From IMG/VR virus record IMGVR_UViG_3300020183_000001, positions 18,634-82,633 of that record: DNA of 64,000 bases; one strand, written 5' to 3'. A program made the translations under genes and the position numbers. The notes beneath the pieces are model-generated. The model was not told the DNA's origin. It searched no databases and saw only the letters and a program-made list of their open reading frames with translations. This stretch comes from a virus. Shown here piece by piece: positions 35,162-43,367 of this stretch (the first letter of the stretch is position 1; every line of letters begins with the position of its first letter).

Positions 35162-35959
35162 ATGTCCTACCTTTCGTCTAAAAAAATCTACCCCGGCAAC
35201 TGGGCAGAGCCTCTCAACGGTTGGTACAAGAATATTGATACTGACTACAGTGGTGCTAACGACGGTTCGGAAGCAGGTCCTACTTCGGTTCTTGCTATCC
35301 CTGGCTATCGTTATTTCCAACAGCGTGGTTATGTTGCAGTGTCCAACACCTCTGGTGATGGTGCCATTGCTTCTGGTAGCGTTATCGTTCCTTCGCCTTA
35401 CCGCCAAGACGATACCCGTACTGATATCACCGGCATGGTGATCAGTGGTTCTTCCACCTATCCCATCTACGTGTACCGCACCGCAATGTCGGTTGCTTCC
35501 GGTTGGGGTGATGGTCGCGTTGCCTCCGGTATCTACACCGCTACTGGCCGTGTGATCTCGTTTGCTACTGGCCTTGTTTCCAGCGCAGCTTCTGGTGAAG
35601 GTGTGGCCCAGGTCAACTTGGCCTCTACCGTGTCTGGTTCGCAAGAAGGTGAAATCTTCTTTGCTGCTGGTACCAATGCAGTTGCTGCTGTTCCCGTTCC
35701 CGTGGTTAGCGGTGCTGTTGGTATCACCGATGGCAACGTCTACAAGCCTCACACTGCAGCCGCTACTTATAGCGTCTTTACCCGTACTGCTTCTACCGTT
35801 ACTTCTGGTACCGCCGCTGGTTGGTACATCTCTGCTGCTGATAAAGCTGCTGGTCGTACCGGTTACTTTGTTGTTGAAGTCTGCTACATCCAACCCGATG
35901 AAGCTCCTGGTTACAACGACATCGAAGCTTATCTGGTCAACCGCATCGTGAGTAACTGA
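35162..35959 (+). CDS. abundant structural protein (decoration/minor capsid)
   Basis: AAGGAG RBS, MCP-like codon bias, beta-rich. Confidence 0.7.
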   Translation: MSYLSSKKIYPGNWAEPLNGWYKNIDTDYSGANDGSEAGPTSVLAIPGYRYFQQRGYVAVSNTSGDGAIASGSVIVPSPYRQDDTRTDITGMVISGSSTYPIYVYRTAMSVASGWGDGRVASGIYTATGRVISFATGLVSSAASGEGVAQVNLASTVSGSQEGEIFFAAGTNAVAAVPVPVVSGAVGITDGNVYKPHTAAATYSVFTRTASTVTSGTAAGWYISAADKAAGRTGYFVVEVCYIQPDEAPGYNDIEAYLVNRIVSN

Positions 35960-35991
35960 GTTAAACTAGGACCAGGTATTTTCTTGGTCCT

Positions 35992-36423
35992 ATGTCAGTT
36001 GCCACAGAGTTACTCTTGCATCGTCATAAAAAAACAGGTGCACGGGTACGAATCATTAGTGAGTGGGATGAAGGCGATTGGTTCATGGTCGAAGATCAGG
36101 ACGGTCGCCTTTACACCGCTTACAAAACTGAACTTGAACCTGATGAGTCGGCAACTAAAAAAGTAAAGACTCTTCAAGTAAAAGACAAAGCAGCTAACGA
36201 GGAACCTCGTAATTTTCCACCCGATACGCGTCTTAATATTAATGGTGCTACTGCACAAATGATTGCAGACCATATCAAAGGAATTGGTTTGAAAACTGCC
36301 CGAGAAATCAAGGACCTTCAGTTGTCCCTGTCTGGTGAAAGATTCAGTAGTCTTGAGCAGCTACGCCAAATCAAACGAATTGATTGGGATGCAGTATTTG
36401 CCGCAGACCTGGTACGTGTATAA
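35992..36423 (+). CDS. helix-hairpin-helix (ComEA-like) DNA-binding protein
   Basis: RLNINGAT...IKGIGLKTAREI...F.SLEQL.QIKRI. Confidence 0.85.
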   Translation: MSVATELLLHRHKKTGARVRIISEWDEGDWFMVEDQDGRLYTAYKTELEPDESATKKVKTLQVKDKAANEEPRNFPPDTRLNINGATAQMIADHIKGIGLKTAREIKDLQLSLSGERFSSLEQLRQIKRIDWDAVFAADLVRV

Positions 36424-36440
36424 CTAACATCTCCAACTAC

Positions 36441-36467
36441 AAGCCCCTGAGTAATCAGGGGTTTTTT
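36441..36467 (+). terminator. intrinsic terminator
   Basis: AAGCCCCTGA-GTAA-TCAGGGGTT followed by a T-run. Confidence 0.8.
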
Positions 36468-36493
36468 AGTTTTAAAATAAAAAGAAAAGTATA

Positions 36494-37234
36494 ATGTCAT
36501 ATTTAACAGAGCGATCTGGTTTTACCGCTCCAAAGGGAAAGGGTGGAGTAGGTGATGAATATCATATTGATTTAAAACTTTTATCATCTTTGCCAATTGC
36601 TGAACGAGTAAAAATGTTTGACGCCTTGGCGCGTCAAAAACAAGCAATTGGTAGAGAGATTGAATTTTCTAATCCAGCAGTTTCAGGTCGCCGCTGGAAT
36701 CTCAATGCAGAACTGGCTGAAAAAGTAGATTTATTAGAAAGAGCTGCGGGGGCACACAGTCACAGTCAACATCCTGACTGGCAGTCTTTTGATTATTACG
36801 TACCCTTTAAAGGAAAAAGTAGGTTTGATAAAGGGGCGGTAGAAGACGCTTCTATTTATATTCCTGCTGTTGCGGGTGGGAAAGTGCGCAGGGGATCTGG
36901 TGGTGGTTATGGTTATTTTTCTGAGTCCTTAGATCCCAGTGGAAAAGTTATTGCTCGTGTTGGTCACGGTAATGTCGATCGACCCGAAGTGGGCGATGTA
37001 AATGTTTTAGGCGCTCCTCCGGAAGCCCCACAACTTCCTAGCACAAACACACCAGATCAAAATACAGATAAACTTCTTGAACAGTTACTGGGTAAACAGC
37101 CCACAATAAAAGATATTCTTTTGTCGCGAGCATTAGGTCAAGCCTTGGAACGTAGACAAGAAATGTCAAATTTGTTTAACACACCTCAAGCTGGTTACAT
37201 TTCTCCACAACAAGCAATGAAAATGTTTAGTTGA
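36494..37234 (+). CDS. virion protein with M23-peptidase-like segment
   Basis: AGGKV...GGGYG...GHG; canonical motifs incomplete. Confidence 0.5.
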   Translation: MSYLTERSGFTAPKGKGGVGDEYHIDLKLLSSLPIAERVKMFDALARQKQAIGREIEFSNPAVSGRRWNLNAELAEKVDLLERAAGAHSHSQHPDWQSFDYYVPFKGKSRFDKGAVEDASIYIPAVAGGKVRRGSGGGYGYFSESLDPSGKVIARVGHGNVDRPEVGDVNVLGAPPEAPQLPSTNTPDQNTDKLLEQLLGKQPTIKDILLSRALGQALERRQEMSNLFNTPQAGYISPQQAMKMFS

Positions 37235-37273
37235 TTGTTTGAATTTATAATGTTAAGTAAATGGGTGTAGTTT

Positions 37274-37735
37274 GTGAAACTCAGTGACTTTGATAAGAGT
37301 AGAGTCAGGTATCACCTAGGTTACTACGTGGTTTCTGTCCCAGCAGGCGACTACGCCCGTTTGGAAGAAGCTATGAACACGGTTCCTGATTCATACTTTT
37401 ATAGTAAAATTATTATTCAGATCGATCGTTGTGATACGGCCGAAAAGAAAACTGAGGTTGCAACCACGCCTTCAACAAGGGTTGAAAACATTGCTGGTGA
37501 CGTGGATCGTACCATCCGATCTAGCAATGCCAAAGAAGCATTAAAGACCTGGGATGAGATTTATCTTTACGAGACAAATCGACTTGCCCACATTCTTTAC
37601 GTTCCTAACTACAAAGATCCTTTCCAGGCTCGTTATCGTTACGAACGCTCAGGTGCTGAATTCATTCAGGCCATGCCTGGACCTGCTGACGTATCTGTTG
37701 GCTCTAACATTTTCTTAGCGGAGAATTACCGATGA
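37274..37735 (+). CDS. putative head-tail adaptor
   Basis: DKSRVRYHLG motif, 153 aa, located after the capsid genes. Confidence 0.6.
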   Translation: MKLSDFDKSRVRYHLGYYVVSVPAGDYARLEEAMNTVPDSYFYSKIIIQIDRCDTAEKKTEVATTPSTRVENIAGDVDRTIRSSNAKEALKTWDEIYLYETNRLAHILYVPNYKDPFQARYRYERSGAEFIQAMPGPADVSVGSNIFLAENYR

Positions 37736-38619
37736 TTGGACCTGCACTACAAGGAGCACAGTTTTTATCACGAGCAGGGCAAATTGCTCCCTGGGCTTTA
37801 AACGTTGGACTTGCAAGCGCACAGTTCGCACCTCAAATTGTTAGTGGTTTAAACGCTTTTGGGGGAGTCTTCAGTCGCCCCGGAGCGCCCTACACTCCTG
37901 GCGGTGGAGGTATGGGAGGGCGCCGTGGGGCCACGAGAACACAAGTAAGTAACTTGGGTAAAAACTATCGTGGTGAAGAGCTTGCCTTGTCTGCTGCCGC
38001 TAGGGCTGCCGCTGGTCCCAGTGCGGGAGGTGGTATTGGCGGAGGGAATATGGCAAGCTACGTTCCCCGCTCAACAACTTTTGCTTCTGTTGATACACCG
38101 AGCCAACGTGAAGAAAAAGTTGAACGCTCACGTATTGCTCAGTTGAGTGAACAAGATCCTCTGTTTAAAAAGTATCGTGTTGCTGAATTAACTAAAGCTT
38201 ATAACACTGCTAGTCCAGAAGATAAAGAAAAGATTGGTCTTGAGATCTGGGCCACCACAAATCCACAGTTGGCACAAAAACTTAAACCAGGCCAACTTGG
38301 TTACACACAAGCTACCTCTGCCGTCATGTCCCAAAGTCCTCTGGGTCAATTCCAGGCACAGACTGGTGATATGCAGTATGCCAATAAAATGGATCAGGTA
38401 CCAGGTGCAATGGCTGGATTCCAACCACAAACTCCGCTTACTGGTATCCCAACTCCAACAGTTCCTCAGTTTGGTGCTTCTGAAGTTTTTGCCAAAGCAA
38501 CACCAATTCCTGGTGCCACCGAGATGTTTACAGATCCACGTAAGTTTTTAAGCCAGGAAGACCTTGATCAGACTAAGCTTGCACTCCTTAAAAGAGCGTA
38601 TGAAAGCCGCTTAAAATAA
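37732..38619 (+). CDS. putative internal virion protein
   Basis: 295 aa, Gly-rich. Confidence 0.6.
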   Translation: MIGPALQGAQFLSRAGQIAPWALNVGLASAQFAPQIVSGLNAFGGVFSRPGAPYTPGGGGMGGRRGATRTQVSNLGKNYRGEELALSAAARAAAGPSAGGGIGGGNMASYVPRSTTFASVDTPSQREEKVERSRIAQLSEQDPLFKKYRVAELTKAYNTASPEDKEKIGLEIWATTNPQLAQKLKPGQLGYTQATSAVMSQSPLGQFQAQTGDMQYANKMDQVPGAMAGFQPQTPLTGIPTPTVPQFGASEVFAKATPIPGATEMFTDPRKFLSQEDLDQTKLALLKRAYESRLK

Positions 38620-38634
38620 CCCTTTGATAAACTA

Positions 38635-38841
38635 GGGTTACTTGGCACCACACCTGTGGGTAAGACCACCAACTGGACACAAGACTTTTAGTCGCCGGGG
38701 GCCAGTGTAGTTGCATTATTTCCAATGATTCTCTGCCGTAATTTTGTCCGTCGACTTACTGCTAAATTGAGTCTGATCGTAGCTCTACAGGCAGTATTTG
38801 TCCCCGGTCTTAAGGCAGAGTCAAATTGGGTAGGAGAATAA
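38635..38841 (+). ncRNA. candidate structured RNA and/or 38-aa ORF (38725-38841)
   Basis: Own -10 box (TAAACT 38628); several complementary segments. Confidence 0.4.
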
Positions 38842-38854
38842 GGAAACAATTACA

Positions 38855-39550
38855 ATGGCACAACCAAAAGCCAAACTTCGCGTCGGTACTCTTCCCCAAG
38901 AAGAGCGTATGGCGATTATTGAAGGTGCTAGAAAATTAGGACTTGATCCTTACGAGTTTGGTGGGTTTCTTTCTTTAGAATCCGGTATGAATATGGATCC
39001 CAACATAGTTGGGGGAGCTGGAGGTCGCCATAGAGGTTTAATTCAATTTGGTCAAAATGAACAAAGAATGTATGGTATTACGGGTCCGCAAACGCGAGTC
39101 GGGCAAATGCCTAAAGTTCTTCAATATTTTCAAGACCGTGGATATAAACCTGGCATGGGTATTGAACGTGCTTACGCCACAGTATTAGGTGGAAATCCAA
39201 ACGTATCTTTAAATGCTAAAGATTCTTTTGGTACATCAGTGGCAAGTGCTTCAAAAAGATTTAAAAAAGGTGGTGATCTTTATGCGAATGCGCAACGTGT
39301 TCTTGGAGATTTTACGCCGCCCGCTCCAGCACTTCCACCCGCTTCATCTACAGCAGCAGCAAGTCCTAGAGAACAAGGTAATAGCCTTGGTGCAAGTTTT
39401 TTGAATTTAATTAAAGGTTCAGGTTTAGGTACCATATTTCGTCCACAAAGTTCTCTCCCTGGTTACGACGAAATTTTAAACACAATTCCTGATCCACAAT
39501 CTTATCTTCAAGCTTTCGCAAACCGTTTAATGGAAGAGGAAGAGGTCTGA
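38855..39550 (+). CDS. virion lytic-transglycosylase-like protein
   Basis: LESG...GLIQF...Y..VL.GN lysozyme-like motifs. Confidence 0.75.
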   Translation: MAQPKAKLRVGTLPQEERMAIIEGARKLGLDPYEFGGFLSLESGMNMDPNIVGGAGGRHRGLIQFGQNEQRMYGITGPQTRVGQMPKVLQYFQDRGYKPGMGIERAYATVLGGNPNVSLNAKDSFGTSVASASKRFKKGGDLYANAQRVLGDFTPPAPALPPASSTAAASPREQGNSLGASFLNLIKGSGLGTIFRPQSSLPGYDEILNTIPDPQSYLQAFANRLMEEEEV

Positions 39551-39813
39551 TGGCTAGGTTTTCTGAATACGTTGATAGCAACGATTATTTACCCGGAGAC
39601 ATCTATTCTGCCGGGTTAAGCGATTATCAACTTTATCCACAGTTGCGGACAGATTACGTCAATCGCAAACGCTGGAAATTTCAACCAAGAAAAGAAGATG
39701 AGGATGGAACATCATTTCAAACATTTTTAGCATTACAAAACAATCCAGAAGCTTTAATGCCGCGCTTACCAGATACTCCGTTTGGTAATTTAAAATCCTT
39801 TATGGGCGGCTAA
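39550..39813 (+). CDS. hypothetical protein
   Basis: 87 aa, TGATG coupling. Confidence 0.65.
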   Translation: MARFSEYVDSNDYLPGDIYSAGLSDYQLYPQLRTDYVNRKRWKFQPRKEDEDGTSFQTFLALQNNPEALMPRLPDTPFGNLKSFMGG

Positions 39814-39850
39814 ATCGTTTATAATTGGAAATAAAAGTTTGAGTTGGTAA

Positions 39851-40633
39851 ATGAGCAGCACAAGTTCCAATAAACAACCCGTTTTCGTAGATCGTCCTCT
39901 TTACGATTCGGTTCGTGTAACTACTCAGGTTGCTGGTAGTGCAACTTCCAATACGCTTTTTGTGCAGGGTGGTCAAGTTCCGGCAATTCTTGTGGACATG
40001 GATGCCACACTTAGCGAAGATAATAACAGCGGTGGCATTGTTGATTCGGTAAAGATTGTTCGTAATGATTTCTACCGTGATCCTGATTACACGGTAAGTG
40101 CTTCTACTTCTGGTACTGTTATTTCTTTTGTAAGTGGACAGATCGTTAATATTGCTGCTACAGGTGTACTCACTGGTAGTGGCGCTGCAAGTGGGGTTGG
40201 TTATTACACTTACACTGGCGCGGCCACTCTTACAGGGGTAAACACAGCTCTCCACTATTCTGGTGGACTGGTTAATGGCTTTACTTACAACGGGGTAAAC
40301 TACGGTAATCAACCAGCAGTAACCTTCGTGTTTTACCACACCCGTGGTACGACACAACCCGTCCCGGCCTCTGGTGACTACAAAGTTGTGTTCGCCAAAA
40401 CAATCCCTGGTAATGCACAAGAAGCTGACTGTTCTGATGTGATGCCAATCATTGCTACTCCAGCAATGTCCGCAGGCAACACCACAGGGCTCGGGGAGAC
40501 CGCTCCACTACGCAATAAGGGTGTGTACCTGGAACGAGGCGATAGGCTGTACGTAGGCGTCTTTCCGGACGGTCCCAACATCTCTGGTTACATCCCTGGT
40601 GCGCACGTTGTTGCACAAGGTGGTTTCTTCTAA
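39851..40633 (+). CDS. tail/structural protein
   Basis: Beta-rich; G.YLERGDRLYVG motif. Confidence 0.65.
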   Translation: MSSTSSNKQPVFVDRPLYDSVRVTTQVAGSATSNTLFVQGGQVPAILVDMDATLSEDNNSGGIVDSVKIVRNDFYRDPDYTVSASTSGTVISFVSGQIVNIAATGVLTGSGAASGVGYYTYTGAATLTGVNTALHYSGGLVNGFTYNGVNYGNQPAVTFVFYHTRGTTQPVPASGDYKVVFAKTIPGNAQEADCSDVMPIIATPAMSAGNTTGLGETAPLRNKGVYLERGDRLYVGVFPDGPNISGYIPGAHVVAQGGFF

Positions 40634-40635
40634 AG

Positions 40636-42156
40636 ATGGCTAAAAAAATTGGAAGTAGCTTTGGTAACTTCCAAGAGGTTAAATCTTTAACACCAAATAA
40701 AATAAAACCGATCACTACAGAGTTTTCTAGGGGCAGCGTCCCTGATTCAATCTACTCTGCAAACAGGGAATCGGCCTGGACCAGATGGAGAAAGGGTTAC
40801 GAACTGGCAACATCTCTTACCTATAACGGTGAGTACACATTCCCTTTTTCTTACACAGTTCCCAACACAACTACTTCTGGTAATCCATCAGTTACAATCT
40901 CTGGTGCATTTGTAGGTTTTCCTACAACCAATAAAGAGTTTGGTATGCATTGGGCCATTTGGCGTTATGCGGGATCTTTTCGCACCGACTCTGTACAAGA
41001 TCCAGTTAGCAGTCAGAAGCTGTTTGTTGAATCCGTCACAGAAGACGCTAGTTACTGGTATGTGAAGTTAGCTGGAACCTGGAGTCCATCTAATCCACTT
41101 CCTCCACCTTTTTACATCCCCGTAACGGGGCAACCCAATGGATTAAAACCTGCCAACACAGAGATCTTTGAGGATCGAATCGTTGTTGATGGTGGTCCGC
41201 TTATTGATAAAGAGACGATTAACCCTGCAAACCAAAGACGATATGGTTATGTCCAGGCAGTTGTTGTCAACATAAACCAAAACACAGGAGTACTGACATT
41301 TAAAAAAGCAGGTTCTGTGTATGTAACTCCTGATGCTGTATTTACCACACCATCACCACAAGGATTTGAAGTTGGTAGATACTTGGTAACAGGATCTAGA
41401 TATTCATGTACTTGTCAAGATTTTACCCATCGCGATTATTCCTTTATTTCAAATGGTGGGAAAAATAATCAACGTCAATTTCCTCGAAGTTCCAGAGCAT
41501 CTGTTAAGCCTGGTCGATTTGAAGAAATTAAAACCAATGGGAGAATTGACAACAGAGCGATGACACGCCCTGATGTTAACAGGGTGCTTGAAACGTATGC
41601 TCCACAGGGTTTTGAGTTGGATTACACCGTAAATGAATCTACTACAGATACAAAAGCAACACGTGATAATCCTGGAGTGTACAGAGATTTTGGGATGATT
41701 TATACACGAAGTACTAGTAACATTGCAACGGTTGGTTCACAGGCAGAGGGTATGCCTGGATACGGCGACTACAGCTCTGCAGCATTCGAGACAGATGCAA
41801 GTGTTGTTCCACAAGATGTCATCTTGACGATTAGTGACAACTGGACGCCACTACTTGATGAGTTACGATACTGCAAACATATTTATGCGCTTAGGTTTAA
41901 AGATCGTGTGTTTCCTCCAGAACCATCTGATTTCCCTGTGGGACCAGATAGCATGGCCAACTGGGAGCAACGGTTAGTTAAACAAACAGAAGAAGATTTG
42001 ACAAAGGCACGCACATTGCAAGAGACCAAACGTGCATTGGCAGTCATGGATGTTCCGCCATATAACTGTCAATCACCAATGATTTATCCAATGGTGCAAA
42101 AAATATTTAACATTGCAACAGATAAGATCACAATCGATAACTTTACAATGCTTTAA
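40636..42156 (+). CDS. protein with split SWIM-type Zn finger
   Basis: YSCTCQDF ... YCKHIYAL, separated by about 150 aa. Confidence 0.65.
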   Translation: MAKKIGSSFGNFQEVKSLTPNKIKPITTEFSRGSVPDSIYSANRESAWTRWRKGYELATSLTYNGEYTFPFSYTVPNTTTSGNPSVTISGAFVGFPTTNKEFGMHWAIWRYAGSFRTDSVQDPVSSQKLFVESVTEDASYWYVKLAGTWSPSNPLPPPFYIPVTGQPNGLKPANTEIFEDRIVVDGGPLIDKETINPANQRRYGYVQAVVVNINQNTGVLTFKKAGSVYVTPDAVFTTPSPQGFEVGRYLVTGSRYSCTCQDFTHRDYSFISNGGKNNQRQFPRSSRASVKPGRFEEIKTNGRIDNRAMTRPDVNRVLETYAPQGFELDYTVNESTTDTKATRDNPGVYRDFGMIYTRSTSNIATVGSQAEGMPGYGDYSSAAFETDASVVPQDVILTISDNWTPLLDELRYCKHIYALRFKDRVFPPEPSDFPVGPDSMANWEQRLVKQTEEDLTKARTLQETKRALAVMDVPPYNCQSPMIYPMVQKIFNIATDKITIDNFTML

Positions 42157-42275
42157 GAAAGGTTTGTATAATGTATACTAATGTTGAGTCTATTAAGACT
42201 CAAAAAGATTTGTCCACCACGGCGTCCCTGGGCTAAGTAAGGTCTAAGGTTTGGTTAGCTCATACGCACCAACCA

Positions 42276-42707
42276 ATGAAGCACCTACACCCTCCTCCGC
42301 CTGACCAGGCGATTGTTGACGACTATTTCAAACTTCTTCACAAGAAGTCTTTTGGACAAGCAGCCTGGTTTTATGGTATGCTTGCGACTTACGGCGTACA
42401 CCCAAAAGAGCTAAAAGGATTTACCTGGAACGCTGACAACACAATTAATATCAACTCAAAGAAGAAAAAAGTTCGTCCTATGCATCCACAGTGGGTTCTC
42501 CTTTTCCAACTAAAAGAAAAGCAGCCCTCAAAACTTGAGAACTGCTTTAAAGAAATTCAAGACAAACTCGAAGCTGGTATCAAGAACAAAGTAATTAATT
42601 TAAACTTGACGGATCTGATTCTTTCCTATCGAATCAGGAAGGATTTTTATCAGCCGAAGAAAGTGGATCAGCAAATGCAATACCCTGTTTACGCAGTGCT
42701 TTCCTGA
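42276..42707 (+). CDS. truncated, degenerate tyrosine-recombinase-like protein
   Basis: YGMLATYGVHPKEL resembles the cyanobacterial integrase box I (G.MA.YGLRP.E) without the Arg; no RH/Y box II. Confidence 0.5.
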   Translation: MKHLHPPPPDQAIVDDYFKLLHKKSFGQAAWFYGMLATYGVHPKELKGFTWNADNTININSKKKKVRPMHPQWVLLFQLKEKQPSKLENCFKEIQDKLEAGIKNKVINLNLTDLILSYRIRKDFYQPKKVDQQMQYPVYAVLS

Positions 42708-42879
42708 CGCTGGTCACATTCCAACGATACGAATCACGCGAAAACGTATCCTTAAAAGCTGCAAAGTGAGGACCTAGTTTCATGGTGCCGTCATCTCGCA
42801 TCTTAAACAGTTGTTTTTTGTCGAGCCCAAGAAGCTCGCACGCTTTGTTGGCTGTGACCCAGCCGGTAGAAGCAGTCAT
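42634..42879 (-). CDS. excisionase/MerR-like HTH protein
   Basis: WVTANKACELLGLDKKQLFKMR...G.H...YRWN; TTGACG-N16-TAGTGT promoter upstream. Confidence 0.7.
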   Translation of the reverse strand: MTASTGWVTANKACELLGLDKKQLFKMRDDGTMKLGPHFAAFKDTFSRDSYRWNVTSVRKALRKQGIAFADPLSSADKNPS

Positions 42880-43003
42880 AAGAACAGGAAGTGTTCATAT
42901 ATACACTACCCATAAACCAAGGTGCGTCAAGGATTTTTAGCAAATCTTAAGACTTTTGGCTCGGTTAAGCAACCTTAAAATAAGGTAACGGCAACTAAAG
43001 AGT

Positions 43004-43366
43004 ATGTTCAGTGACGAGAACGCACCACTCGCCCTACTGATCGAAGTAACTCCAAGGTTAGCAAAGAAACGATTTAAAGAAGATATCTACAAATCCTGGG
43101 ACTACAAATGTGGTTATTGCGAAGATGTAGCAACAAGCCTGGATCACATTGTCCCAAGGTTCAAGTCAGGTTCTAGTAATAGGAACAATCTGATTCCTGC
43201 TTGTCGTCGCTGCAACAGCAATAAAGGCAGCACTGAAGTAGAAACCTGGTACAGACAACAAGAATTCTTTACTCAGGCTAGGATGGAAAGAATTAGTTCT
43301 TGGATGTCGCAAGAGATTATCGACATCTTTTCTTGTCATTTAGACGCATTGCAGGTGGCTGTTTGA
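43004..43366 (+). CDS. HNH endonuclease
   Basis: CGYC...SLDHIVPR..G.S...NLIPACRRCNSNKG. Confidence 0.9.
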   Translation: MFSDENAPLALLIEVTPRLAKKRFKEDIYKSWDYKCGYCEDVATSLDHIVPRFKSGSSNRNNLIPACRRCNSNKGSTEVETWYRQQEFFTQARMERISSWMSQEIIDIFSCHLDALQVAV

Positions 43367-43367
43367 G

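Noticed and set aside
34352-35893. 513-aa antisense ORF over the capsid genes
   Set aside because: Expected shadow of strong codon bias in highly expressed genes; unnatural composition and no RBS
38635-38841. Group I intron, tmRNA or RNase P identity for the candidate RNA
   Set aside because: Conserved core sequences of these families could not be located in the right order
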